A DNA stretch of 12,165 bases from NCBI GenBank assembly GCA_019894975.1, contig JAGXNO010000074.1, positions 1 through 12,165 of the forward strand, in the 5' to 3' direction. Shown here piece by piece: positions 1 to 7,908 of this stretch (positions are counted from its first letter, which is position 1; every line of letters begins with the position of its first letter). A model generated the notes under the pieces. That model was not told the DNA's origin. It was given only the letters and a program-made list of their open reading frames with translations, and made no database searches. The stretch comes from Promethearchaeota archaeon. Lineage in GTDB: Archaea; Asgardarchaeota; Lokiarchaeia; Sigyniarchaeales; SOKP01. The translations under genes were made by a program, and so were the position numbers.

Positions 1-1
1 C

Positions 2-514
2 AGCAGGATTAGCACCAATAAAAACTAGTCTTCCATCTTCAAAGAGGTGATACATGTGAATTCCAAATGGAATAGAGTTAAAGAGATTTGTTAATTGTTC
101 TTGTGATTCTTTTAATTTTTCTTCTATTTCTGTGAGTTCTGTTATGTCTTCACCTGAACTCAAGGATGCAATAATATTCCCGTTATCATCATGTAAAAGT
201 GTATTTTGCCAGGAGATAATTCTTTCATCACTCTTCTTGGTGAGAATTGAATTAGTATAGAATTCAAAGGGTTCAATATCTCCTTTGATTATTGCATTAA
301 AGACATTTTTAAGCTCTTTTCGTTTTTTTTTTGGGATGCATGTTTCAAACCAATTCTTACCCACTAACTCACCATTGTCATAAGCAAGAAGTTCATAACC
401 TTTTTTATTTAAGAGAGTAATGTTCCCTTCCCTATTCAATGCAACAATGATAACCCCCGCTAAATCTAAATAATTTTTTAATCCCTCTTTAGATTTCTCT
501 GTTGGCTCTCGAAT
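2..514 (-). CDS. PAS-domain sensor protein (probably histidine kinase or similar), 5' part only; runs off the left edge
   Basis: Not in the ORF track. Manual translation of the - strand gives (I)REPTEKSKEGLKNYLDLAGVIIVALNREGNITLLNKKGYELLAYDNGELVGKNWFETCIP...ERIISWQNTLLHDDNGNIIASLSSGEDITELTEIEEKLKESQEQLTNLFNSIPFGIHMY. This is a PAS/PAC repeat ending in DIT, a coiled linker and the start of a second PAS. In-frame TAA at 527-529; probable ATT start at 514. Confidence 0.88.
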   Translation of the reverse strand, partial: MREPTEKSKEGLKNYLDLAGVIIVALNREGNITLLNKKGYELLAYDNGELVGKNWFETCIPKKKRKELKNVFNAIIKGDIEPFEFYTNSILTKKSDERIISWQNTLLHDDNGNIIASLSSGEDITELTEIEEKLKESQEQLTNLFNSIPFGIHMYHLFEDGRLVFIGANPA

Positions 515-629
515 GTTGGTATCACCTTAAGTGATCAATAAATATGAAATTTATTCTACACTATTTACAATATACAATATTGTTAAAATAAATATATAAT
601 AGTTTGCTAGAAAATATCTCACCATATTC

Positions 630-654
630 AAATTGAGTGCCTACCACTCAATTT
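630..654. promoter_or_regulatory. Perfect inverted repeat, candidate operator
   Basis: AAATTGAGTG-cctac-CACTCAATTT (10-bp arms, 5-bp spacer) in the divergent intergenic region between the PAS gene and the MBL operon. Confidence 0.55.
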
Positions 655-784
655 AAATCACAACTTAACAAAAACAGTAATAATAATAAAGTATCTAAAA
701 AATCTATAATTGAAAAAAATTACTTAATTAGTTTAAAAAACAATTAATCCAATAACGATAAAAAAATATTTTCTGGTCTTTAAA

Positions 785-1873
785 TTGAGCAATTTAGATA
801 TAAAAAAGATTAAAGAATTACTGGAAGAGTTTCCATTAAATCAAGATAAAGAAATTATTTCGAAATTCATAGCAGGAGAAAAACTTTCTCAGAGAGAAAT
901 TCTACGTGCTTTTCATATGTCATTTCCACTCTTCACCCTTGTTGTATTGAATAAAAGATTTGAAATGAATAAACAACTTGCTGAAAATGAGTGGTCTAGC
1001 GCCAATATTGAGAAACTAGATGGGGTGGGAACGGTTAAAAGTTTGAAGATTGTACCATTGATAGATTTCCATGCTAAAGGTAATTTTTCCACTGAAGAAG
1101 GCGTTTCTTATTATATTAAAGCTGATGATATTGGTTTATTATTTGATACAGGCCTAAATTCTAAGGATGAACACCCTTCCCCACTCCTCAAGAACATGGA
1201 AGTTTTAGGAATCTCTCCAGAGGACTTCAACTATATTTTCATTTCTCATTTACATGCTGATCATGTAGGAGGTGCTAAATGGTCTAGAAATAGAACTTTC
1301 TCACTTTCAGGTACACAACAAAATTTAAGTCATGTGGATGTATTTGCTCCCGTTTCAATGAATCATCCAACTGCTACTGTCAACCAAGTGAAAGAACCCA
1401 TTGTTATTGCTAATGGTATTGCGTCCATAGGGCCGATTCAGAGCTCAATGTTTTTCTTTGGACCGACTTTCGAACAAGCTTTGGCAATAAATGTCGAGGG
1501 AAAAGGCATTGTAGTAATTGTCGGCTGTGGACACCAAGGAATCCAAAAGATAATTGACCGTGTCGAAACTCTTTTTGATATTCCCATTTATGGGATTATT
1601 GGAGGATTACATTTACCTATCCCAGAATTTCCCGGTGAGGATATTACTTGGTCAGGATTGCCAATATTTAAATTTGTCATGACAAGAAGACCACCATGGG
1701 AACCATGGCAAAAAAATGATAGAGATTTTGCACTAAATTACCTAAAATCCAGAAATCCTAAACTTGTATCACTTTCTCCACATGATAGCAGTACGGAAAG
1801 TATACAAGCTTTTAAACAGGCTTTCAAAGAAGCTTATACAGATTTAAAAGTTGGTAAAATTATCAATATATAA
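785..1873 (+). CDS. MBL-fold metallo-hydrolase (COG1237 / MJ0301-like family)
   Basis: LFDTG, SHLHADHVGG (HxHxDH), EQAL, GCGH, GGLH and terminal PHD motifs; about 80-aa N-terminal extension; TTG start. Confidence 0.85.
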   Translation: MSNLDIKKIKELLEEFPLNQDKEIISKFIAGEKLSQREILRAFHMSFPLFTLVVLNKRFEMNKQLAENEWSSANIEKLDGVGTVKSLKIVPLIDFHAKGNFSTEEGVSYYIKADDIGLLFDTGLNSKDEHPSPLLKNMEVLGISPEDFNYIFISHLHADHVGGAKWSRNRTFSLSGTQQNLSHVDVFAPVSMNHPTATVNQVKEPIVIANGIASIGPIQSSMFFFGPTFEQALAINVEGKGIVVIVGCGHQGIQKIIDRVETLFDIPIYGIIGGLHLPIPEFPGEDITWSGLPIFKFVMTRRPPWEPWQKNDRDFALNYLKSRNPKLVSLSPHDSSTESIQAFKQAFKEAYTDLKVGKIINI

Positions 1874-1884
1874 TTAGTAAATAA

Positions 1885-2952
1885 TTGAGATCTATGGAAC
1901 AAAAAATATCGGATAAAGAAATAACTCATCAGAAAAATAAATTGTTTGCTAGATTAGCTGTAGCAGCAAAACAAGCCAAAGACAGCGGCGGAAAACCATT
2001 TATTTTTCATTTTCTTACTACATTGCGATGTAATTGTGATTGTGAGTCTTGTCTGTGGAAAGATAACTCAGCTAAAAACGAACTTTCACTTGAAGAAATT
2101 AAGCGTATTTATTTAGAAGCCAGAGACGCTGGATTTTTTATTTCCATTCTTTGGGGTGGTGAGCCTACACTCCGTCAAGATATTACAGATATTATTAAAT
2201 TTGCTAAAAACGAGGCGAATTTTGCCTTTATTGGTATGGTTACAAATGGTTTTCTTATTCCGAAGCGAATTTCTGAATTTGGGGAGGAGCTTGACCTTAT
2301 TCTTATGTCTCTTGATTCCCCTGTACAAGAAGAACATGATAAAATTAGAAACTTACCAAGCTTATATGAAAAAATTATGGAATCGGTTAAAATTATAAAA
2401 GAAAATTATCCTCATATCTCCTTACAATTTAGTTTCTCTATTAGTAAATATAACATTCATCGTGTTGATGAAATGATTGCACTCGGGAATAGGTTAGAAG
2501 TTCCCATAGCCTTCAACGTGATAAATACTATTCGTCATTATTCAACGGGGGATGTAGATGAGAAAGGAAACCTTTCCGCTACAGACCAAGAAATCAGTGA
2601 AGCTTTCTCAAGAATATTAGATTCAAAAAGGAATAGTTCTCATATTTTAAATTCAGAAATGTATCTAAAACATTTTATCGGAGGTAAAAAACCTTATCGG
2701 TGTCATACAAGAAAAGTATTCATGTTTGTTAATTCCAACGGTGATATAGAAGATTGCTTAAGGTTGGATAAACCAATCGCAAATTTACGAGAAATTTCTG
2801 TTAAGAATGCAATGAATCTACCAGGATTTCAAAAATATTTAAAAGATACGGAGAAATGCAATAGTTGTAACTCTCCTACTATGATTGATACAAGTTATGT
2901 CTGGGAGGATTGGAGTTTGATAATGAAATCTGGGGGAATTACTTTCGGGTAA
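1885..2952 (+). CDS. Radical SAM enzyme with C-terminal Twitch/SPASM-like domain
   Basis: CNCDCESC (CxxxCxxC), WGGEP, VTNG, SLDS..HD.IR; C-terminal Cys in YRCH, EDC and CNSC. The true start may be ATG at 1894. Confidence 0.9.
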   Translation: MRSMEQKISDKEITHQKNKLFARLAVAAKQAKDSGGKPFIFHFLTTLRCNCDCESCLWKDNSAKNELSLEEIKRIYLEARDAGFFISILWGGEPTLRQDITDIIKFAKNEANFAFIGMVTNGFLIPKRISEFGEELDLILMSLDSPVQEEHDKIRNLPSLYEKIMESVKIIKENYPHISLQFSFSISKYNIHRVDEMIALGNRLEVPIAFNVINTIRHYSTGDVDEKGNLSATDQEISEAFSRILDSKRNSSHILNSEMYLKHFIGGKKPYRCHTRKVFMFVNSNGDIEDCLRLDKPIANLREISVKNAMNLPGFQKYLKDTEKCNSCNSPTMIDTSYVWEDWSLIMKSGGITFG

Positions 2953-3000
2953 TTATCCAAATATAAAATCTCAAATAAATAATAAATAGAGAGAGTTCTA

Positions 3001-3834
3001 ATGGCTGAAATTATTACTAAAACATTCCAATCTAAGGGGGGTAAATTAGTTTATCACAAATTAGTTGGAAAAAATAAAGATCTGACTATTATATATATCC
3101 ATGGCTTGGCGCCTATATCTTCTCTTTATATAGAAATGTTTGCTGATCAATATCATGAGTTTTCTCTTTCTGAATATTCATTTTTAATCCCTAACTTAAT
3201 AGGATTCGGTGAATCTGAAAAACCTGATAATCTAGAGGTTTATACTATGGAAAATCAAGGTCATTATCTACATGATCTTTTACTCTCAGAAAATGTTCAT
3301 AATGTGATCATAATAGCTATTTCGATGGGAGGTCCTGTCGCGATATCGCTTATAGATAAGATAAAAAATCAGAAAGATGAAGATATAAAAGTAAAAGGAT
3401 TATTTTATCTTGAAGGGAATCTCGATAAAAATGATACTTTCTTTTCTTCGAGAATCACTAAATATCCATTCGAACAGTTTAAGGAACATTTTGACTTATG
3501 GATCGATGATTTAATCAAAAGGTCAAACAAAGAAAATGTAGAATTTTTGGAAGGGTATCGTGCATTGGGACCCTATTCAGTCTGGGGATCTGCTTATGAT
3601 ATAGTTATACTATCAGAAAGCAATAAATTGCTCCCTCACTTAATGCAATTAAGTGATTTTCCTATGTATTTTGTATTCGGAGAAAAAAATAAAGGAAGAT
3701 TTACATCAGAATCATTAGTTAAAAAAGCTAATCTACCTATAATTTACATTCCCAATGCAGGACATGCAATGCGGCATGACAATCCAGAAGACTTCTGGAA
3801 AGTTATTAAGAAATTGCTCAAAACCTGCTTTTAA
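3001..3834 (+). CDS. Alpha/beta-fold hydrolase
   Basis: IHG oxyanion motif, NLIGFGES, nucleophile elbow variant AISMGG, catalytic His in NAGH..HDNPE. Confidence 0.88.
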   Translation: MAEIITKTFQSKGGKLVYHKLVGKNKDLTIIYIHGLAPISSLYIEMFADQYHEFSLSEYSFLIPNLIGFGESEKPDNLEVYTMENQGHYLHDLLLSENVHNVIIIAISMGGPVAISLIDKIKNQKDEDIKVKGLFYLEGNLDKNDTFFSSRITKYPFEQFKEHFDLWIDDLIKRSNKENVEFLEGYRALGPYSVWGSAYDIVILSESNKLLPHLMQLSDFPMYFVFGEKNKGRFTSESLVKKANLPIIYIPNAGHAMRHDNPEDFWKVIKKLLKTCF

Positions 3835-3917
3835 AATAAATAATTCCTAGTTTTGGTGTTCTAAAATAATTCTTATTAATAATAAAGGAAAAATAAAAGA
3901 TTAATTTGATAATAAGC

Positions 3918-4847
3918 TTAAGCTTTAATTACTTCAATTAACTTAGGAAAAATTCGAGTATAATGCACTGCCATGCAGTGTACACCATCTAATAATCCTT
4001 TTGCTTTTAATTCTGTAATAAAAGGCTTGAAAAATTCATAGTTTAATTGATCATATACTTCTTTTTGTTCTTTCTTATCAGTAACATCAGTTTTAACTTG
4101 CTTCCATCTTGCAAGAATGTCTTTAGGTACGTCAACGCCAGGAACAAACGTATCAAATCCCTTAGCTATTCCATAGCTTTTCATAGGAAAGATTCCAAGA
4201 AATACTGGTACATTATATTTTTTTATTTCCCTTAAAAACTCAGCGGTCATATCTATATCGTAAACTACTTGAGTTTGTATAAATTCTGCTCCTGCTTCTG
4301 CTTTTCGACCTATTTTTAATATTTCTGCTTCCATAGGATCTGCATTAGGGTTAGCCGCACCACCTACATGAAGTTTAGGCGGATGTTCAATTTCATGGCC
4401 ATTTATAGAGCCAGTATCTACCATCTCCCTTACAAGTTTTATTAGTGTGGCAGAGTCCAAATCGAATACGGGCTTTGATTCAGGACAATCACCTAAAGCA
4501 TTATGATCACCTGTAAGTGAAAGAACGTTGTGTAATCCTAAAGCTTCAGCACCCATAATTTGTCCTGCAATCCCTAATTTGTTAGTGTCTCTTACTGTTA
4601 ATTGCCATACACATTCTAAACCAGTTTCTCTTTGAATAATATGAGATGCCGCCAGTGAGTTAATTGTAACTATTGCTAAAGGACTATCGGTCACATTTGC
4701 GGCAACAACATAAGGGGCCATTTCCTTTGCTTCTTGAATCGTGTGCGAAAGATCACATGTCTTTTCTGGTTCTAATTCCCCCGTTAAAACAAATTCTCCC
4801 TTTGCAATCAATTCACCAAGTTTTGAATATACTTTTTTTTCTGCCAT
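3918..4847 (-). CDS. metF: Methylenetetrahydrofolate reductase, flavin subunit
   Basis: TGELEP, NVTDSP, QLTVRDTN, LTGDH, VFDLDS, GAAN P, KAEAGAEFIQTQVVYD motifs. GGAGGT ribosome site overlaps the end of the upstream metV. Confidence 0.93.
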   Translation of the reverse strand: MAEKKVYSKLGELIAKGEFVLTGELEPEKTCDLSHTIQEAKEMAPYVVAANVTDSPLAIVTINSLAASHIIQRETGLECVWQLTVRDTNKLGIAGQIMGAEALGLHNVLSLTGDHNALGDCPESKPVFDLDSATLIKLVREMVDTGSINGHEIEHPPKLHVGGAANPNADPMEAEILKIGRKAEAGAEFIQTQVVYDIDMTAEFLREIKKYNVPVFLGIFPMKSYGIAKGFDTFVPGVDVPKDILARWKQVKTDVTDKKEQKEVYDQLNYEFFKPFITELKAKGLLDGVHCMAVHYTRIFPKLIEVIKA

Positions 4848-4853
4848 GGCTAT

Positions 4854-5519
4854 TTACCTCCAAACTACTTCACGTTGATGTCCTGATTCGCTCCAATCTA
4901 CAGGCTCTCTTAATTTCGTGAATAAATCTAATCGTCCTAACTCTTTCAAGCGATTGAATATTAAGATCCATCCACAATCTTTTTCATAATCTCCGACTTC
5001 ACACTTGCCTCGAACCATACCACCACATGGCCCATTCATTAGCGATTTGGCACATGTTGTAATAGGACAAATTCCTCCAGTTTCATTTAATAAGCAATCT
5101 CCACATCCTCGACATCGTTGATAAAACCTTCCAATTCTTTCAGTCATACCCATAAATTCTGTATTTGTACCAATAAATACAGGGATCTCTGGATGCTTTC
5201 TAGAAAGAACTTGAGTAATACTTGCTACTCCTAAACCACAACTCAATGTAAGTATCGCATCAATTTTTCCTAGATCTTCGTCAATCTTGCGAAAATCTTT
5301 CATCATGACTCGATTATCACAGACTTCTTCAGGTACTATTGTAGTTACTACTTCGAATCCCTCTTGTTCTAACTTCTCAGCCATTTCTTTTGCTCCCTCA
5401 GTACCACCAGTTTGACACATTGCCGCACAACTGCCACAAGACACAAGCCCGATCTTTTTTACTTGCTTTAACGCGCCCAAAACCTCTTCAAAAGGCTTTT
5501 TCGTTGTTATAATTGTCAT
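4854..5519 (-). CDS. metV: Methylene-THF reductase Fe-S/Zn small subunit (MTHFR C-terminal domain protein)
   Basis: MIIT.KKP start, CGSCAAMCQTGG, SCGLG, CRGCGDC..GGICPITTCAKSLMNGPCGG..GKCEV..CGW; lies 6 nt upstream of metF. Confidence 0.9.
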   Translation of the reverse strand: MTIITTKKPFEEVLGALKQVKKIGLVSCGSCAAMCQTGGTEGAKEMAEKLEQEGFEVVTTIVPEEVCDNRVMMKDFRKIDEDLGKIDAILTLSCGLGVASITQVLSRKHPEIPVFIGTNTEFMGMTERIGRFYQRCRGCGDCLLNETGGICPITTCAKSLMNGPCGGMVRGKCEVGDYEKDCGWILIFNRLKELGRLDLFTKLREPVDWSESGHQREVVWR

Positions 5520-5764
5520 TTTCTAATCCATTTTTTAAATTTTATTTTTGATATTAACTATAATTATTGAAATTAATCATGATATTTATTATATTAAGTT
5601 ATGAAATGTAATGTTTTCGAACAAAAAATAGTAAAAAACAAAAATGTTAAAAGTTATGATGCAAAAATCTCATTAATCACTGTTTTAAGAGCAGGTGGTT
5701 TATCGAGTTCTAGCATTTCACTTGTTTTTACTGATTTAATGAGAAATTTTTATACTTTTATTGT

Positions 5765-6694
5765 TCATATATGTAATCGAGGATCTAATGCATCCCTCAA
5801 TCCATCGCCTATTAACATAAATCCAATAGCAGTAATTGCTACAAAAAATCCGGGCCAAAGAAATGCAGGCCAAAAAACTGAAGAGAAAGCACCATACTGC
5901 CCTCTACCATATAGAATATCTGTTCCCCAAAATGGAATTGACTCATCTCCAAATCCTATGAAAGCAATACTCACAATAACCAAAATTCCACTTTGCATCG
6001 CTCCAAATAATCTGACGATGATAAGAGGCATTGCATTTGGTAAAATATGATTAAACATTACTTTAAATTTTTCTGCTCCACTTGTTATCGCCGCCTTCAC
6101 ATAAACATTCTGTTTTACTTGAAGCACCAGAACTCTTACCCATCGAATAGATCCTGGTATGCCGAAAAGACCATATAATAATAGAATATTGTATAAACTA
6201 TTTCCTATTAAAGGAACTACAACTATAACAAGCATTAAAAGCGGAAAAGAAAACCAAAAATCACAAAAACGCATGGTAACGGCGTCAATTTTTCCTCCAA
6301 AATATGCAGATATTGTACCTACTGCAAGTCCTCCAAGAGTGCTAATTATAACTGGTAATGTTGCTGCTGTCAGTGCAGTTCTTGCACCCCAAATTAATCT
6401 CCCAAGAAGATCAAATCCATATTTTGTAGTACCTAATGGATGTTCTGCCGATGGACCAAGGAATGGTGTCTCAAAGGGAAAATCTGGGGGAGTTAAATTT
6501 TCTATAGTAAATGGAGTTAACCACCCGAATGATCTCCTTTTAGATTGTATTTTCCCAATTTCAAATTCAGTAGCTTCAAATTCTGGTTCCCGCCATCCAG
6601 GTATTAGATAGAATTTTAACAGTCTGGAAGACTTGACTTTCTTCTCTTCTTGATATTCATACCTTTCAGTTTCCTCTAGAATAGTCTCGCTTAT
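5765..6694 (-). CDS. Oligopeptide/dipeptide ABC transporter permease (OppC/DppC family), possibly degenerate
   Basis: The frame stays open upstream of 6274 to 6727 and encodes ISETILEE...PGWREPEF...PSAEHPLGTTKYGFDLLGRLIWGARTAL...YFGGKID. It continues with an EAA-like loop (YVKAAITSGA..HILPN) and the C-terminal GDGLRDALDPR. No in-frame ATG/GTG/TTG in the extension; probable ATA start at 6694. Confidence 0.85.
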   Translation of the reverse strand: MSETILEETERYEYQEEKKVKSSRLLKFYLIPGWREPEFEATEFEIGKIQSKRRSFGWLTPFTIENLTPPDFPFETPFLGPSAEHPLGTTKYGFDLLGRLIWGARTALTAATLPVIISTLGGLAVGTISAYFGGKIDAVTMRFCDFWFSFPLLMLVIVVVPLIGNSLYNILLLYGLFGIPGSIRWVRVLVLQVKQNVYVKAAITSGAEKFKVMFNHILPNAMPLIIVRLFGAMQSGILVIVSIAFIGFGDESIPFWGTDILYGRGQYGAFSSVFWPAFLWPGFFVAITAIGFMLIGDGLRDALDPRLHI

Positions 6695-6810
6695 TTTAAT
6701 ATTTAAAACACTTTTTTTAGAAATTAATTATTCATATTAGATTCTATCTACTAATAAAGATTAATAATTTGATCAATGAAGCGAAAATGTATATTAAATG
6801 GCCTTATAAA

Positions 6811-6836
6811 ACGTCGAATTTACCTTTCCAATCCAA
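6811..6836 (+). repeat. Direct repeat copy 1 (core GAATTTACCTTTCCA)
   Basis: acgtcGAATTTACCTTTCCAatccaa matches 7474-7499 at 22/26 positions. Confidence 0.75.
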
Positions 6837-7057
6837 TTTCAATCGAATTTTGGAAAAAATTTAAACAACTTCGAATCATGAGTTTCTCCTAACCAGACAT
6901 AATTCTAATAGTTTATTTTTTAAAAAATAATAATTTATAAACCTATTTCATTAGACTCTTTCATTTTGCAATCAAATTCTGAAAATATCGTTCGAACTGT
7001 TATCTGGATCTATATAATGTCTATTCTTTTTGAAATTATAACAAAGAGGTTATAAAT

Positions 7058-7432
7058 ATGGAAAATACAAAAAAACTTGAAATTAGTGCTGTTTTTAAGA
7101 TTCCTAAGGGAAAGCTAGATGAATTTAACCTACTCGCTGCCGAGAGTATAAGATTGAGCAAAGAAAAAGATACGGGAACGCTTAAGTATGACTTTTATAT
7201 TAGTAGTGACGAGACAGAGGGTGAAATGCGTGAGGAATATGAGAGTTCAGAAGCTGTGCTCGAACATATGGCTAACTTGGGTGAACATCAACAAGAAATG
7301 TTTAGTGATTTCCCATTAGATCATGTGAATGTTTACGGCAACCCCTCGTCGGAACTTTTAGAAGCAGCAAAAGACTTTGATGTTAGGGTGTATTCATTTT
7401 CCCAAGGACTGGAAAAAGCAATCGTAGTCTAA
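7058..7432 (+). CDS. Antibiotic biosynthesis monooxygenase (ABM) / putative quinol monooxygenase family protein
   Basis: Dimeric alpha+beta barrel pattern F.IP.GKLDEF...KDTGTLKYDFY...EEYESSEAVLEHMAN...VYGNPS; GAGGT ribosome site upstream. Confidence 0.8.
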   Translation: MENTKKLEISAVFKIPKGKLDEFNLLAAESIRLSKEKDTGTLKYDFYISSDETEGEMREEYESSEAVLEHMANLGEHQQEMFSDFPLDHVNVYGNPSSELLEAAKDFDVRVYSFSQGLEKAIVV

Positions 7433-7450
7433 TTTTTTTTTTTAATTTTT
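7433..7450 (+). terminator. Oligo-T archaeal-type terminator
   Basis: T11 run immediately after the ABM stop codon. Confidence 0.5.
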
Positions 7451-7473
7451 AATGGAATTTTCATTGAAATCAG

Positions 7474-7499
7474 ACGCTGAATTTACCTTTCCATCCCAA
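7474..7499 (+). repeat. Direct repeat copy 2 (core GAATTTACCTTTCCA)
   Basis: acgctGAATTTACCTTTCCAtcccaa, 663 bp downstream of copy 1. Confidence 0.75.
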
Positions 7500-7599
7500 A
7501 AAGATATATCTTATGCATAGTAAAAACTACTACTTAAAAACGATAAAAATCTAAAAAAGTAGAAAAATCAATCAGAAATATATAATAATAAAAAGTAGG

Positions 7600-7869
7600 T
7601 TATAAAGGGAAAATTTCCTCGGCTTGCTTCTCATCAAACTCGATCTCGCGCAACCGCATTCGTATCTCGCGTGGCGTGTAGGATTCCCGTAGCATTTCTA
7701 GAATAAAATTGTTAAGATTGATGAGATTATCCATCGCTGCTTGATGCATGATGTTTTTCTCGCTAAAACTAATGTTCATAATATCATATAAACCAGTCAA
7801 GCACTCTCGAACATTGCGATACCGCTCCATCGCAGCTTCCAATTTTTCTTGCTTCTCTTCTTGACTCAT
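7600..7869 (-). CDS. Small acidic helical hypothetical protein (89 aa)
   Basis: ATG start, amphipathic helical pattern, TATA-like TTTAAATA on the - strand at 7921-7928; no family recognised. Confidence 0.8.
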   Translation of the reverse strand: MSQEEKQEKLEAAMERYRNVRECLTGLYDIMNISFSEKNIMHQAAMDNLINLNNFILEMLRESYTPREIRMRLREIEFDEKQAEEIFPL

Positions 7870-7908
7870 CTTTTTCTCGCGATATTGTGTTTTATTCTAA
7901 TTAAAACA

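Noticed and set aside
2113-2398. ORFs 2113..2337 (-) and 2156..2398 (+)
   Set aside because: Nested within the well-supported radical SAM gene; no motifs.
4047-4921. ORFs 4047..4235 and 4673..4921 (+)
   Set aside because: Antisense shadows of metF/metV.
5601-6611. ORFs 5601..6050 and 6159..6611 (+)
   Set aside because: Antisense shadows of the permease, whose real frame spans 5765 to about 6694.
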